From NCBI GenBank assembly GCA_020725405.1, contig DYFB01000015.1, forward strand, positions 32,157 to 96,156: DNA of 64,000 bases. The letters run 5' to 3'. Shown piece by piece: positions 9,303-17,930 of this stretch. The notes beneath the pieces were generated by a model. It saw only the letters and a program-made list of their open reading frames with translations. It did no database searches and had not been told where the DNA came from. The position numbers were made by a program, and so were the translations under genes. The DNA comes from Symbiobacterium sp. (GTDB lineage Bacteria > Bacillota > Sulfobacillia > UBA995 > UBA9673). How positions within the stretch are numbered: the first letter of the stretch is position 1; every line of letters starts with the position of its first letter.

Positions 9303-9319
9303 TTGCCAATGCTTGGCAA
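9303..9319. promoter_or_regulatory. Perfect palindrome TTGCCAA-TGC-TTGGCAA between the spoIIP stop and the SASP start. It is a candidate operator or RNA stem.
   Basis: Seen directly: 7-bp arms with a 3-bp spacer. It lies in the 210-bp gap upstream of the minus-strand SASP gene. Confidence 0.3.
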
Positions 9320-9349
9320 CACAAAGCGGCCTGTCGCCCAGGAAAGGTC

Positions 9350-10393
9350 CTACGGGGTCGGATCGCCCGCGGCCCCGGGCGCCTCCGGAGGCGTGGGAGC
9401 CCCCAGGACGGCCGAGACGACGTTGGCCCAGAGGGTTGCCGTCCTCTGGGCGTAGGACTTGGGGATAAGATAGGTTCCCATCTCCAGGAGGACAGCCCCC
9501 GGGTCGAGGTCCTGGTTGAAGGTCGCGGGCGAGACGAGGATGCCCCGGATGATACCCGGGTGGAGCTCCTCGGCCGCAGCCCGGAGCCGCCTGACTGTCG
9601 ACATGTTCGCCGACAGCAGGGGGTTGGTTCCGCCGACGACGAAGAGGATCTTCGACGCAGGCTGGCCGTCGATGGTCGTGAGGTACTCCGAAGCCGGCGA
9701 GGCATCGCGATGGACGTCGAAGAGAAGGGTCGGCCCAAACTGGAGGTTACGTCGGACGGTTCGCCTGGACCGGAGGTAGGCGCCGCCGTCGTGCGGGTCG
9801 TGGGCGGTCCGGTCGTGGACAACGGTGAAGCCCGAGGCGCTGAGAGCCGAGGCCATCGTCTCCCCGACGTCGTAGATGCCTCCGTTTCCCGGAATCGCGT
9901 GCCGGCCGTCGGTCGGGGTGTAAGACTCGTCGGAGTGGGTGTGGTAAATGAGGAGGACGTGCCGGGCAGCCCCCAGCGGCACGGCGAGGTCCCGGCCTCC
10001 AGGGGCGGTGGCGCTTTCCGGCAGGACCGGGGACCAGAGGCGCGGCTCCACCAACTGAAGACCGCTCCAAGACGGTGGTCGGAGCGCGGCCTCTCCGGCC
10101 GGCTCGAGAACCGTGTGGACGATGTCCCCGCGGACCCCGACGACGCGGTAGTGGTTGTCGTCCGGGTCGATGAAGAGACTGCCTCGCGCGACGCTTACGG
10201 CCGTACGGAGGATGACGTTCCCGGCCTCGTCGACGAAGGTGTAGTAGCCCGTCGGGTGCTCCAAGCCCGGCCGGAGGAAGACCTGGCGGAGCCGGTCAAG
10301 GAGAGGGTGTCCAGCCCCGCCTGCTGCGGGCATGAGGACGGCCAGGGCCAGAATGATCCCGGCCAGGAGGACGGCCCCCCGCCTGTGGGTCAC
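9350..10393 (-). CDS. spoIIP: Stage II sporulation protein P (SpoIIP, engulfment amidase/peptidase)
   Basis: Motif LLIYHTHSDESY matches the SpoIIP IYHTHT.E.Y signature, with an N-terminal TM segment (AVLLAGIILALAVLM). GTG 10393 has GGAGGAG 9 nt upstream. The ORF stays open to 10468. Confidence 0.8.
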   Translation of the reverse strand: MTHRRGAVLLAGIILALAVLMPAAGGAGHPLLDRLRQVFLRPGLEHPTGYYTFVDEAGNVILRTAVSVARGSLFIDPDDNHYRVVGVRGDIVHTVLEPAGEAALRPPSWSGLQLVEPRLWSPVLPESATAPGGRDLAVPLGAARHVLLIYHTHSDESYTPTDGRHAIPGNGGIYDVGETMASALSASGFTVVHDRTAHDPHDGGAYLRSRRTVRRNLQFGPTLLFDVHRDASPASEYLTTIDGQPASKILFVVGGTNPLLSANMSTVRRLRAAAEELHPGIIRGILVSPATFNQDLDPGAVLLEMGTYLIPKSYAQRTATLWANVVSAVLGAPTPPEAPGAAGDPTP

Positions 10394-10557
10394 CTCATCA
10401 TCTCCTCCGTGTGGAGACTCGAGCCTCCCGCCTCTTGCCTCCCGGTTATTGGTCCCCGCTGGAGGCACGGTGTATCCCCGGCCCGGCGGGGCCAGGCTGG
10501 AAGTGGAGGGAAACAGTCTCGGACCGAGAAAGCTTGGGTGCGGGAGGAGAGGGAGCT

Positions 10558-11373
10558 ATGCCCGGATACGACTACTTCTACACCCTCCAGGAGATATGCG
10601 TTCTCCTGAATCTACTCCCGAACACGTTTCGTCAGATAGCCCGCGAGTACCCGGATATCATCGTCGTCCGCGAGCAGGTTCGCAAGGGCGGAAAGGTCGT
10701 GGGCCTGCCACGGGCCGAGTTCGAGACCTTCCGGGCCATCGTCGAGATGCGCGGCCAGGGGCTAAGCCGGGAGGAGATCCGGGCGCGGCTCACCGGTACG
10801 CCCGTAGCGGCGGGTGGGGACGGGCAGGCCGGACCAATCCAGGCCGCTGCGGCGCGGGCAGACGACGGGCCCGGTCCGGAGGCTCTGGCTCCGGGCCCCG
10901 CGGAGACCGCTCCGGGGCCCCTGGGGACCGCTTCGGGCCGCGTCGAGACCGACAGCGGCCCCGTCGAGACCGCTCCAGGCCGGCTTGAGGGCGTTTCAGG
11001 CCCCGCGGAGACTGCCCCGGGCCCCGAGCGGGTCCGACCGTTTGACGGACACGAGACGGGGGCGGCGCTGTCCCGTGGCGAACGAGAGGCCGCGGCCACA
11101 GCCGAGCCGTCTCTCCCGTCTCCTGCTGGGCGCCCGGGGAGCGAGAGGGCGATGGCCGCCGCAGAGAGGGTTCTCGCGGCTGAAATAGCCTCGCTGAAGG
11201 AAGAACTCCGCCGGATGGACGAGCGCCGCCGCGAGGAGCGGGACCGGCTTCTCACGGCGCTCATCCGCACCCAGCACGAGCTTCAGAGCCTGCGCTATGA
11301 GGTCGGCGTCAGCCTCTCCCGGCGTGACCGGAAGAAACGACGTGGATTCTGGTCATGGCTCTTCGACCTCTGA
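10558..11373 (+). CDS. MerR-type HTH protein with a Pro/Ala-rich heptapeptide-repeat linker and a C-terminal coiled coil (RacA-like architecture)
   Basis: The N-terminus YTLQEICVLLNLLPNTFRQIAREY...GLSREEIRARL is MerR-like HTH. The middle carries 7-aa repeats (V/A)ET(A/D)(P/S)G(P/R) x6, encoded by ~21-bp DNA repeats at 10897-11030. The C-terminus AAEIASLKEELRRMDERRREERDRLLTALIRTQHELQSL is coiled coil. ATG 10558 has GGGAGGAGAGGGAG upstream. Confidence 0.6.
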   Translation: MPGYDYFYTLQEICVLLNLLPNTFRQIAREYPDIIVVREQVRKGGKVVGLPRAEFETFRAIVEMRGQGLSREEIRARLTGTPVAAGGDGQAGPIQAAAARADDGPGPEALAPGPAETAPGPLGTASGRVETDSGPVETAPGRLEGVSGPAETAPGPERVRPFDGHETGAALSRGEREAAATAEPSLPSPAGRPGSERAMAAAERVLAAEIASLKEELRRMDERRREERDRLLTALIRTQHELQSLRYEVGVSLSRRDRKKRRGFWSWLFDL

Positions 11374-11441
11374 GAGCCGTGGGGCGGCCACGGGCCCCAA
11401 CCGGTGAGGAGCATCGGCGGGCCGCAGCCCTCAGCCCCTGC

Positions 11442-12071
11442 TCAGGCCCAAACCTGAGAGACGTGCGTGACCCGGAAGCCGGCCTCGACCAGGGCGTCGA
11501 CGACCGGCTTGGAATCGATGGTGTCGACTCGGATGACGACGTCACCGGACGCCCGGCCGGGGTCGAAGGTCACCATGCTGATGATGCTGACGCCCTTCCT
11601 GCGGATGATATCCGTGACCCGAGCCAGCTGGCCCACCCGGTCTTCGACAATGAGGGATATCCGCGTGCCCGGACGCTCAAGGCCTAGCATCTCGACGAAA
11701 ACCTTGAAGAAATCGGACTGGGTGATGACCCCGACGACCTCGTCCCGGCTGTTGACCACCGGGAGAAGGTTTATATCGTACCTATCCATGAGGAGAGCGG
11801 CCTCTTCGATGATCTCCTCCTCACGGATGGTTATCGGCTGCCTGGTCATGACCTCGGCCACACGGGTCTTTTCGAGGTAGCTTTCGGTCTCGTCGGTCTC
11901 GGCCAGGCGGGTCAGGATATCCCAGAGGGTCACAATACCGACCACCCTGCCGTTATCGGTCACGGGCAATCCCTCGAACGCGCGTTCCTTGAGAACCCCG
12001 TAGGCCGCCTTCAGCGATTCCTGCGGGGACACGCAGACGCAATCCTTGGACATGCGCGAACGGACGAACAT
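11442..12071 (-). CDS. CBS-pair + ACT domain protein (acetoin-utilisation AcuB-like)
   Basis: Two CBS motifs (VSPQESLKAAYGVLKERAFEGLPVTDNGRVVGIVT and VMTRQPITIREEEIIEEAALLMDRYDINLLPVV) precede an ACT-like C-terminus. ATG 12071 was chosen by domain boundary and an AGGAAGTG RBS. The ORF stays open to 12332. Confidence 0.7.
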   Translation of the reverse strand: MFVRSRMSKDCVCVSPQESLKAAYGVLKERAFEGLPVTDNGRVVGIVTLWDILTRLAETDETESYLEKTRVAEVMTRQPITIREEEIIEEAALLMDRYDINLLPVVNSRDEVVGVITQSDFFKVFVEMLGLERPGTRISLIVEDRVGQLARVTDIIRRKGVSIISMVTFDPGRASGDVVIRVDTIDSKPVVDALVEAGFRVTHVSQVWA

Positions 12072-12246
12072 GCGGTCACTTCCTCTCTCTGGTTGCAGGC
12101 TGGTGGTCGGTCTTGAAGGGAGCAAGAGGTAGAATACGACACGGGCCCTTGCATCCCTCCAGTGAGCGAGGCCGCCGGCGGAGGAACCGCCGGACCGGGA
12201 GCGTAGTACCGTGGGAGGTATAGACCCGGTTCGGCGAGGTGAGGAT

Positions 12247-13734
12247 ATGCCCGAGGCGAAGGTCGTAGTCGTCATCATCGCCGGCGGCGAGGGGAAGCGC
12301 TTCTGGCCCCTCAGCAGCGCCGACCGCCCCAAGCAGTTTCTGCGCCTGTTCGGCCCCCGCAGTCTCCTCCAGGAGACCGCCGCCCGCCTGCAGGGTCTGG
12401 TGGAGCCCTCCCGCCTCCTCGTCGCTACCGGCCTGGCCTACGCCCGCCTGACCCTAGAGCACCTTCCCGAGCTGCCGACCGACAACCTCGTCTGCGAGCC
12501 GGTGCCGCGGAACACGGCGCCGGCCTTGGCTCTCGCGGCCATCCACATCCGCCGGCGCTTCGGGGACGTCCCGGTGGTCGTCCTGCCGGCCGATCACCAT
12601 GTGGCTGACGCGGCGGCGCTGCGGGCGGTACTGGTCTCGGCCGTGGAACACTGCCGCTCCTTCGGCGGCCTCCTGACGTTCGGTATCCGCCCGACCCGCC
12701 CGGAGACGGGCTACGGCTACATCCAGATCGGCCGGCCGGAGGGAGGAGGCTTCTACCAGGTGGCCCGCTTCAAGGAGAAGCCCTCGCTCGCCGAGGCCAG
12801 AGAGCTGGTCAAGTCCGGTGAGTACCTCTGGAACAGCGGGATGTTCGTCTGGCGGAATGAATGCTTCCTCTCCGAGCTCGCTCGCCACCAGCCAGCGATG
12901 GCCTCGCGGTTCGAGGCCCTCGCCGGCCGGCTCGGATCCGGGGATTACGCGACACGACTGGCCGACTGCTACGCGGAGCTCGAACCCATCTCCGTCGACC
13001 ACGCCGTTCTTGAACGCTCGACGAACGCGCGGGTGATGGTGGTAGACCTGGCCTGGGACGATGTCGGGTCCTGGACCGCGCTCGCCCGCCACCACGAGCC
13101 TGATGGTTCCGGAAACGTCGTCATCGGCGGCGAAGTCAAGCTCGCCGACTGCCGCGACTGCATCGTCTGCGCCGGGGACCGGCCCGTCGGAGTGGTCGGG
13201 GTCGACAACCTGGTCATCGCTGCGGGCGAGACCGGTGTGCTGGTTTGCGACAGGCACCGGTCGGGTGAGGTCCGCGAGCTTGCGGACAGTCTGGCCGGGC
13301 GGCCCGGCGGACGGCCGCGGGAAGGCCCGGACGAGGCAAACGGGGCCCGAGGCGACGCCGTCTTCGCCTACCCCCGTGTCGTCGACAAACCGTGGGGGCA
13401 GGAGATCTGGTGGGCGGAGACAGGGGCCTACCTCGGGAAGATCCTCGAAGTCCGCGCGGGCCATAGCCTCAGCCTCCAGTACCACCGGGAGAAGCTCGAG
13501 ACGCTCTACTTCCTGGCGGGCCGGGGGGCCCTCGTCCTCGACGGGCGCGAGTACGCCATCAGACCCGGTCGGACCGTGACCATTCACCCCGGCGTGGCCC
13601 ACCGCATCTCAGCCGAGACGGACCTCACCATCTACGAAGCCTCCACGGCCCATCCCTCGGACGTGGTTCGCCTGGAGGACGATTACGGGCGGGCCGGCCC
13701 CGACCGGACCCGCCAGGGTGGCGAGGGCGACTGA
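12247..13734 (+). CDS. manC: Bifunctional mannose-1-phosphate guanylyltransferase / mannose-6-phosphate isomerase (type II PMI, cupin C-terminus)
   Basis: The N-terminus VVIIAGGEGKRFWPLS is the nucleotidyltransferase G-loop. The C-terminal cupin carries QYHREKLETLYFLAGRG...HRISA. ATG 12247 has GAGGTGAGGA upstream. Confidence 0.85.
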   Translation: MPEAKVVVVIIAGGEGKRFWPLSSADRPKQFLRLFGPRSLLQETAARLQGLVEPSRLLVATGLAYARLTLEHLPELPTDNLVCEPVPRNTAPALALAAIHIRRRFGDVPVVVLPADHHVADAAALRAVLVSAVEHCRSFGGLLTFGIRPTRPETGYGYIQIGRPEGGGFYQVARFKEKPSLAEARELVKSGEYLWNSGMFVWRNECFLSELARHQPAMASRFEALAGRLGSGDYATRLADCYAELEPISVDHAVLERSTNARVMVVDLAWDDVGSWTALARHHEPDGSGNVVIGGEVKLADCRDCIVCAGDRPVGVVGVDNLVIAAGETGVLVCDRHRSGEVRELADSLAGRPGGRPREGPDEANGARGDAVFAYPRVVDKPWGQEIWWAETGAYLGKILEVRAGHSLSLQYHREKLETLYFLAGRGALVLDGREYAIRPGRTVTIHPGVAHRISAETDLTIYEASTAHPSDVVRLEDDYGRAGPDRTRQGGEGD

Positions 13735-13747
13735 GGCCGGCCGGCTT

Positions 13748-13777
13748 TTGGTCGGCCGCGCCGGCGCGTGGTATAAT
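13748..13777 (+). promoter_or_regulatory. Sigma-A-type promoter for miaB: TTGGTC -18 bp- TGgTATAAT (extended -10)
   Basis: The motifs are read directly, 90 nt upstream of the miaB start. An imperfect GC hairpin with an internal TTTT (13737-13765) precedes them, a possible manC terminator. Confidence 0.45.
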
Positions 13778-13865
13778 ACGCCTGTCCTGCCAGCCTACCG
13801 AAGGCGTGGACAGGGCCGGGGCGAGGCCGGGATGGTCGGCGGTACTGGTCCGCGGGGAGCCGAGG

Positions 13866-15224
13866 ATGTCCCTCTCCTACCACATCATCACCTATGGCTG
13901 TCAGATGAACGTCCACGATTCCGAGGTCATGGCCGGACTCCTCGAGGACCTCGGCTACACGCGGGCGCTTGAGTCCGAAGAGGCCGACCTCATCATCCTC
14001 AACACCTGCTGCGTTAGGGAGACCGCCGAGGAGAGGGTTCTCGGCAAGCTGGGTGAGCTCCAGAGACTCCGGTGGTCTAACGACGATCTCATCATCGTCG
14101 TGGCCGGCTGCCTCGGGCAGCAGCCGGGAGCCGCCGAGCGCCTAGGGGGACGGGCCGGCTTCGTCGACGTGGTCATGGGGACCCACAACCTCTACCGCCT
14201 GCCCGAGCTCGTCAAGGAGGCCAGGGCCCGGCGGGAAGCCGGGGGCGGCCCCCTTGTGGAGGTCTGGCCCGAGCACGTCGAGGTTCGCGAGGGGTTACCC
14301 GTGCGCCGCGAGCGCGGGGTCCGGGCCTGGGTCACCATCATGTACGGGTGCGACAGCTTCTGCAGCTATTGCATTGTTCCTTATGTTCGTGGTCGGGAAA
14401 GGAGCCGGCGCCCCGAGAGCATCCGGCGCGAGGTGGCGGGGCTCGTCGGCGAGGGGTACCGCGAGGTCGTCCTCCTGGGCCAGAACGTGAATTCCTACGG
14501 GCGCGACCTCGGACGCGACGGAACCGGGCCCACCTTTGCCGGACTCCTCCGGGACCTTGACCGGGTGGAGGGCCTGGCCCGCGTCCGCTACACGACCTCG
14601 CACCCCCGGAACTTCACGGACGACATCATCGAGGCCGTGGCCGAAGGCCAGCGCATCTGCGAAAACTTCCACCTGCCGGCCCAGTCGGGCTCAACGCGGG
14701 TGCTGGCCAAGATGAACCGCGGCTACAGCCGAGAGGACTATCTGTCCCTTCTCGAGCGCATCCGGCGCCGGATCCCGGGAGCGGCCTTCTCGACCGACCT
14801 CATCGTCGGTTTCCCCGGTGAGACGGAGGCGGACTTCCAGGACACCCTCGACCTCGTGCGCGAGGCCCGATTCGATTCAGCCTTCACCTTCGCCTATTCT
14901 CCCCGCCGGGGGACTCCCGCGGCTGACGCCCCGGACCAGATCGAACCGGAGGTCAAGCAGGCCCGGCTGGCCCGCCTTATCGAGGTCCAGAACCAGGTGA
15001 GCCTGGAAGTGAACCAGGGCTACGTCGGTCGGGAGGTCGAGGTCCTCGTCGAGGGCGCCGCGGAGAAAGACCCGCGACTTGCCGCCGGGCGGACACGGAC
15101 GAACAAGCTCACCCTGCTTACCCCACCCCGCGACTTGACGCCGGCCAACCTTGTCGGGCGCGAGGTCAGGGTGAGCATCGAGCGGGCCCGCACCTGGAGT
15201 CTGGAGGGGAGGGCCATAGGGTGA
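13866..15224 (+). CDS. miaB: tRNA-i6A37 methylthiotransferase MiaB (radical SAM)
   Basis: The MTTase N-domain has Cys residues YHIITYGCQMN...NTCC, the radical-SAM motif is CDSFCSYC, and a TRAM C-terminus follows. The position upstream of mutS matches B. subtilis ymcB. Confidence 0.9.
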   Translation: MSLSYHIITYGCQMNVHDSEVMAGLLEDLGYTRALESEEADLIILNTCCVRETAEERVLGKLGELQRLRWSNDDLIIVVAGCLGQQPGAAERLGGRAGFVDVVMGTHNLYRLPELVKEARARREAGGGPLVEVWPEHVEVREGLPVRRERGVRAWVTIMYGCDSFCSYCIVPYVRGRERSRRPESIRREVAGLVGEGYREVVLLGQNVNSYGRDLGRDGTGPTFAGLLRDLDRVEGLARVRYTTSHPRNFTDDIIEAVAEGQRICENFHLPAQSGSTRVLAKMNRGYSREDYLSLLERIRRRIPGAAFSTDLIVGFPGETEADFQDTLDLVREARFDSAFTFAYSPRRGTPAADAPDQIEPEVKQARLARLIEVQNQVSLEVNQGYVGREVEVLVEGAAEKDPRLAAGRTRTNKLTLLTPPRDLTPANLVGREVRVSIERARTWSLEGRAIG

Positions 15225-17866
15225 CCCAGCAGCTCGAGACGCCCATGATGAGGCAGTACCTGAGAATGAAGGCCGCCCATCCCGACGCCCTGCTCTTCTT
15301 CCGGTTGGGTGATTTCTACGAGATGTTCTTCGAAGACGCCGAGACAGGGGCCCGCGAACTCGAGATAACCTTAACCTCCCGGACCACGGGAGGGGGGAGA
15401 CGGGTCCCCATGTGCGGCGTCCCCTACCACGCCGCCGACGCCTACATCGCCCGTCTCGTGGATCGGGGCTACAAGGTTGCTCTGTGCGAGCAGGCGGAAG
15501 ACCCGCGGAAAGCCCGTGGTCTCGTCCGCCGGGAGGTCGTGCGGGTAGTCACGCCGGGGACCATCCTTGACCCCGAGTTCCTTCCGGCTAAGGGCAACAA
15601 CTATATCGCGTCCGTGGCCTACGACGGGCGCTCCGGCGCGTTCGGTCTGGCCTGGCTCGACTACTCCACCGGTGACTTCCGGACCTCGCGGGTATCCGGT
15701 CCGCGAGCCCTGGACGACCTCGGAGACCGCCTCGCCGGTCTCGAGCCGTCGGAGGTCATCATCCAGCCGTCGGCCGGGGAAGTGCCCGAGGTGGCCCGCC
15801 TCATCACGAGACTCACCGGCCGCCCGCCGCACCCCTTCCGGGAGCAGAGCTTCCGGCCGGCGGAGGCGGGAAGGCTCCTCCTCGAGCACTTCGGGACGGT
15901 TTCGCTCGAGCCGTTCGGATGCGCGGAGGAACCGCTGGCCACCGCGGCCGCCGGCAGCCTCCTCGCCTATCTCCAAGAGGCGAAGGTCGGCAGTCTCGGT
16001 CACCTCCGCACGCTCCGCACGGAAACTGGAAGCGGGGTCATGACCCTCGATGCGGCCACGCGCCGCAACCTCGAGCTCGTCGAGCCCCTGCGGTCCTCGC
16101 CCGCCCAGGTCGGGCCCCACCGCGGCCGCGGCCGCCCGGCCACGCTCCTCGGGGTCCTCGACCTCACGGTTACGGCGGCCGGAGGCCGGTGCCTGCGCCA
16201 GTGGGTCCTCCGACCGCTGGCCGCTCTCGAGCCCATCCTCCGGCGGCAGGAGGCCGTGGCCGAGCTCGCCGAGAAGACTCTCCTGCGGGAGGAGCTCCGG
16301 ACCGAGCTCTGCAAGACCTTCGACCTCGAGCGTCTTGTGGCCAGGGCGGCGGCCGGGACAGCCGGAGCCCGGGACCTCCTCGCCCTGAGGGAATCCCTGG
16401 CGGCGGTGCCAGCCGTGCAGGCGGCCCTCGGGGCGGCGGGGGCGAGTCTCATCCGAGAACTGGCCGGGCGCCTCGACCCGGTTGCCGAGCTCAGCGATCT
16501 CATCGCCCAGGCTCTTGTGGAGGAGCCGCCGGCGGGGCTGAGGGACGGCGGTCTCATCCGCCCGGGTTACTCCGAGGAGATCGACGCCTTGCGGAAGGCC
16601 GCCCAGGAAGGGAAGGCCTGGCTTGCCGCGATGGAAGCCGAGGAGCGCAAGCGGACGGGCATAAAGTCCCTCAAGGTCGGCTACAGCCGGGTCTTCGGCT
16701 ACTTCATCGAAGTGACCAAGCCCAACCTCGGATCCGTGCCGGACCGCTACATCCGGAGGCAGACCTTGGCGGCCGCCGAGCGCTTCGTCACGCCCGAGCT
16801 AAAGGAGAAGGAAGCTCTCATCCTCGGGGCCGAGGAACGGGTCAAGGAGCTGGAGTACGAAGTCTTCTGCGGGCTCCGGGAGCGGGCCGCCGCCGAGGCC
16901 GCGCGGGTCCAGGCCACGGCGGGGGCCCTGGCGACCATCGATGCCCTCCTGGCCCTCGCGGAGACGGCTCGGAGGCGCGGATACGTGCGGCCGGAGATGG
17001 TCGAGGAGTCCGGGATACAGATAGCCGCGGGGCGGCACCCGGTCGTCGAGGCCCTCGACGTCGGGGAGGAGTTCGTCCCCAACGACTGCCGCCTGGGCGG
17101 CGACGCCCCGTCCTTCGCCATCATCACCGGGCCGAACATGGCCGGCAAGAGCACCTACTGCCGTCAGGTAGCGCTCATCGTTCTCCTGGCCCAGATGGGG
17201 AGCTTCGTTCCGGCCTCGTCCGCCCGGCTGGGTCTGGTCGACCGGATCTTCACCCGCATCGGGGCCTGGGACGAGCTCGGCGCGGGGCGGAGCACCTTCC
17301 TGGTCGAGATGGACGAGACGGCGAACATTCTCAATCACGCCAGCCCGGGGAGTCTCATCATCCTGGACGAGATCGGCCGAGGCACGAGCACCTACGACGG
17401 TCTCAGCCTGGCCTGGGCCGTGGCCGAGCACATCGTGAGGGAGATAGGGGCCCTCACGCTCTTCGCCACGCACTACCACGAGTTGATCGGCCTGGAGACG
17501 ACCCTGCCCGGGGTGGCCAACTACTCCATCGCCGTCCGGGAGGTCGGCGAGGACATCATCTTCCTGCGCAAGGTCTCGCGCGGGGCGGTGGACCGCAGCT
17601 ACGGCATTCAGGTCGCCCGCCTGGCCGGGCTCCCGCCGACGGTCATCCAGCGAGCCCGGGAGATTCTCCACTCTCTGGAGACGTCGAGCGCCCGGGACGA
17701 GGTCGCCTACGCCCGGACCGCACCCACGCAGATGGTCCTCTTCGAGCCGGCGGAGTCCGAGATAGAGAGGGAGTTGGCCTCGCTCGACCTCATGAACCTC
17801 ACCCCCCTCGAGGCCCTGAACAAGCTCCACGACCTCCAGAAGCGGGCGAGGACCGGAAGGAGGTGA
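15221..17866 (+). CDS. mutS: DNA mismatch repair protein MutS
   Basis: N-terminus TPMMRQYLRMKAAHPDALLFFRLGDFYEMFFEDA and Walker A GPNMAGKSTY identify it. GTG 15221 overlaps the miaB stop. Confidence 0.95.
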   Translation: MTQQLETPMMRQYLRMKAAHPDALLFFRLGDFYEMFFEDAETGARELEITLTSRTTGGGRRVPMCGVPYHAADAYIARLVDRGYKVALCEQAEDPRKARGLVRREVVRVVTPGTILDPEFLPAKGNNYIASVAYDGRSGAFGLAWLDYSTGDFRTSRVSGPRALDDLGDRLAGLEPSEVIIQPSAGEVPEVARLITRLTGRPPHPFREQSFRPAEAGRLLLEHFGTVSLEPFGCAEEPLATAAAGSLLAYLQEAKVGSLGHLRTLRTETGSGVMTLDAATRRNLELVEPLRSSPAQVGPHRGRGRPATLLGVLDLTVTAAGGRCLRQWVLRPLAALEPILRRQEAVAELAEKTLLREELRTELCKTFDLERLVARAAAGTAGARDLLALRESLAAVPAVQAALGAAGASLIRELAGRLDPVAELSDLIAQALVEEPPAGLRDGGLIRPGYSEEIDALRKAAQEGKAWLAAMEAEERKRTGIKSLKVGYSRVFGYFIEVTKPNLGSVPDRYIRRQTLAAAERFVTPELKEKEALILGAEERVKELEYEVFCGLRERAAAEAARVQATAGALATIDALLALAETARRRGYVRPEMVEESGIQIAAGRHPVVEALDVGEEFVPNDCRLGGDAPSFAIITGPNMAGKSTYCRQVALIVLLAQMGSFVPASSARLGLVDRIFTRIGAWDELGAGRSTFLVEMDETANILNHASPGSLIILDEIGRGTSTYDGLSLAWAVAEHIVREIGALTLFATHYHELIGLETTLPGVANYSIAVREVGEDIIFLRKVSRGAVDRSYGIQVARLAGLPPTVIQRAREILHSLETSSARDEVAYARTAPTQMVLFEPAESEIERELASLDLMNLTPLEALNKLHDLQKRARTGRR

Positions 17867-17930
17867 GCCGGCCACGGGTCGTATAGTCGTCCTCGACGAG
17901 GTCACCGCAGGGCGCATCGCCGCCGGCGAG

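Noticed and set aside
9141-9349. Explicit sigma-G or sigma-F promoters for the three SASP genes
   Set aside because: Partial matches were found (for example CAATACTA 18 bp after GTATC upstream of the 9140 start). None fits GnATR-17/18-CATnnTA cleanly, so I do not call them.
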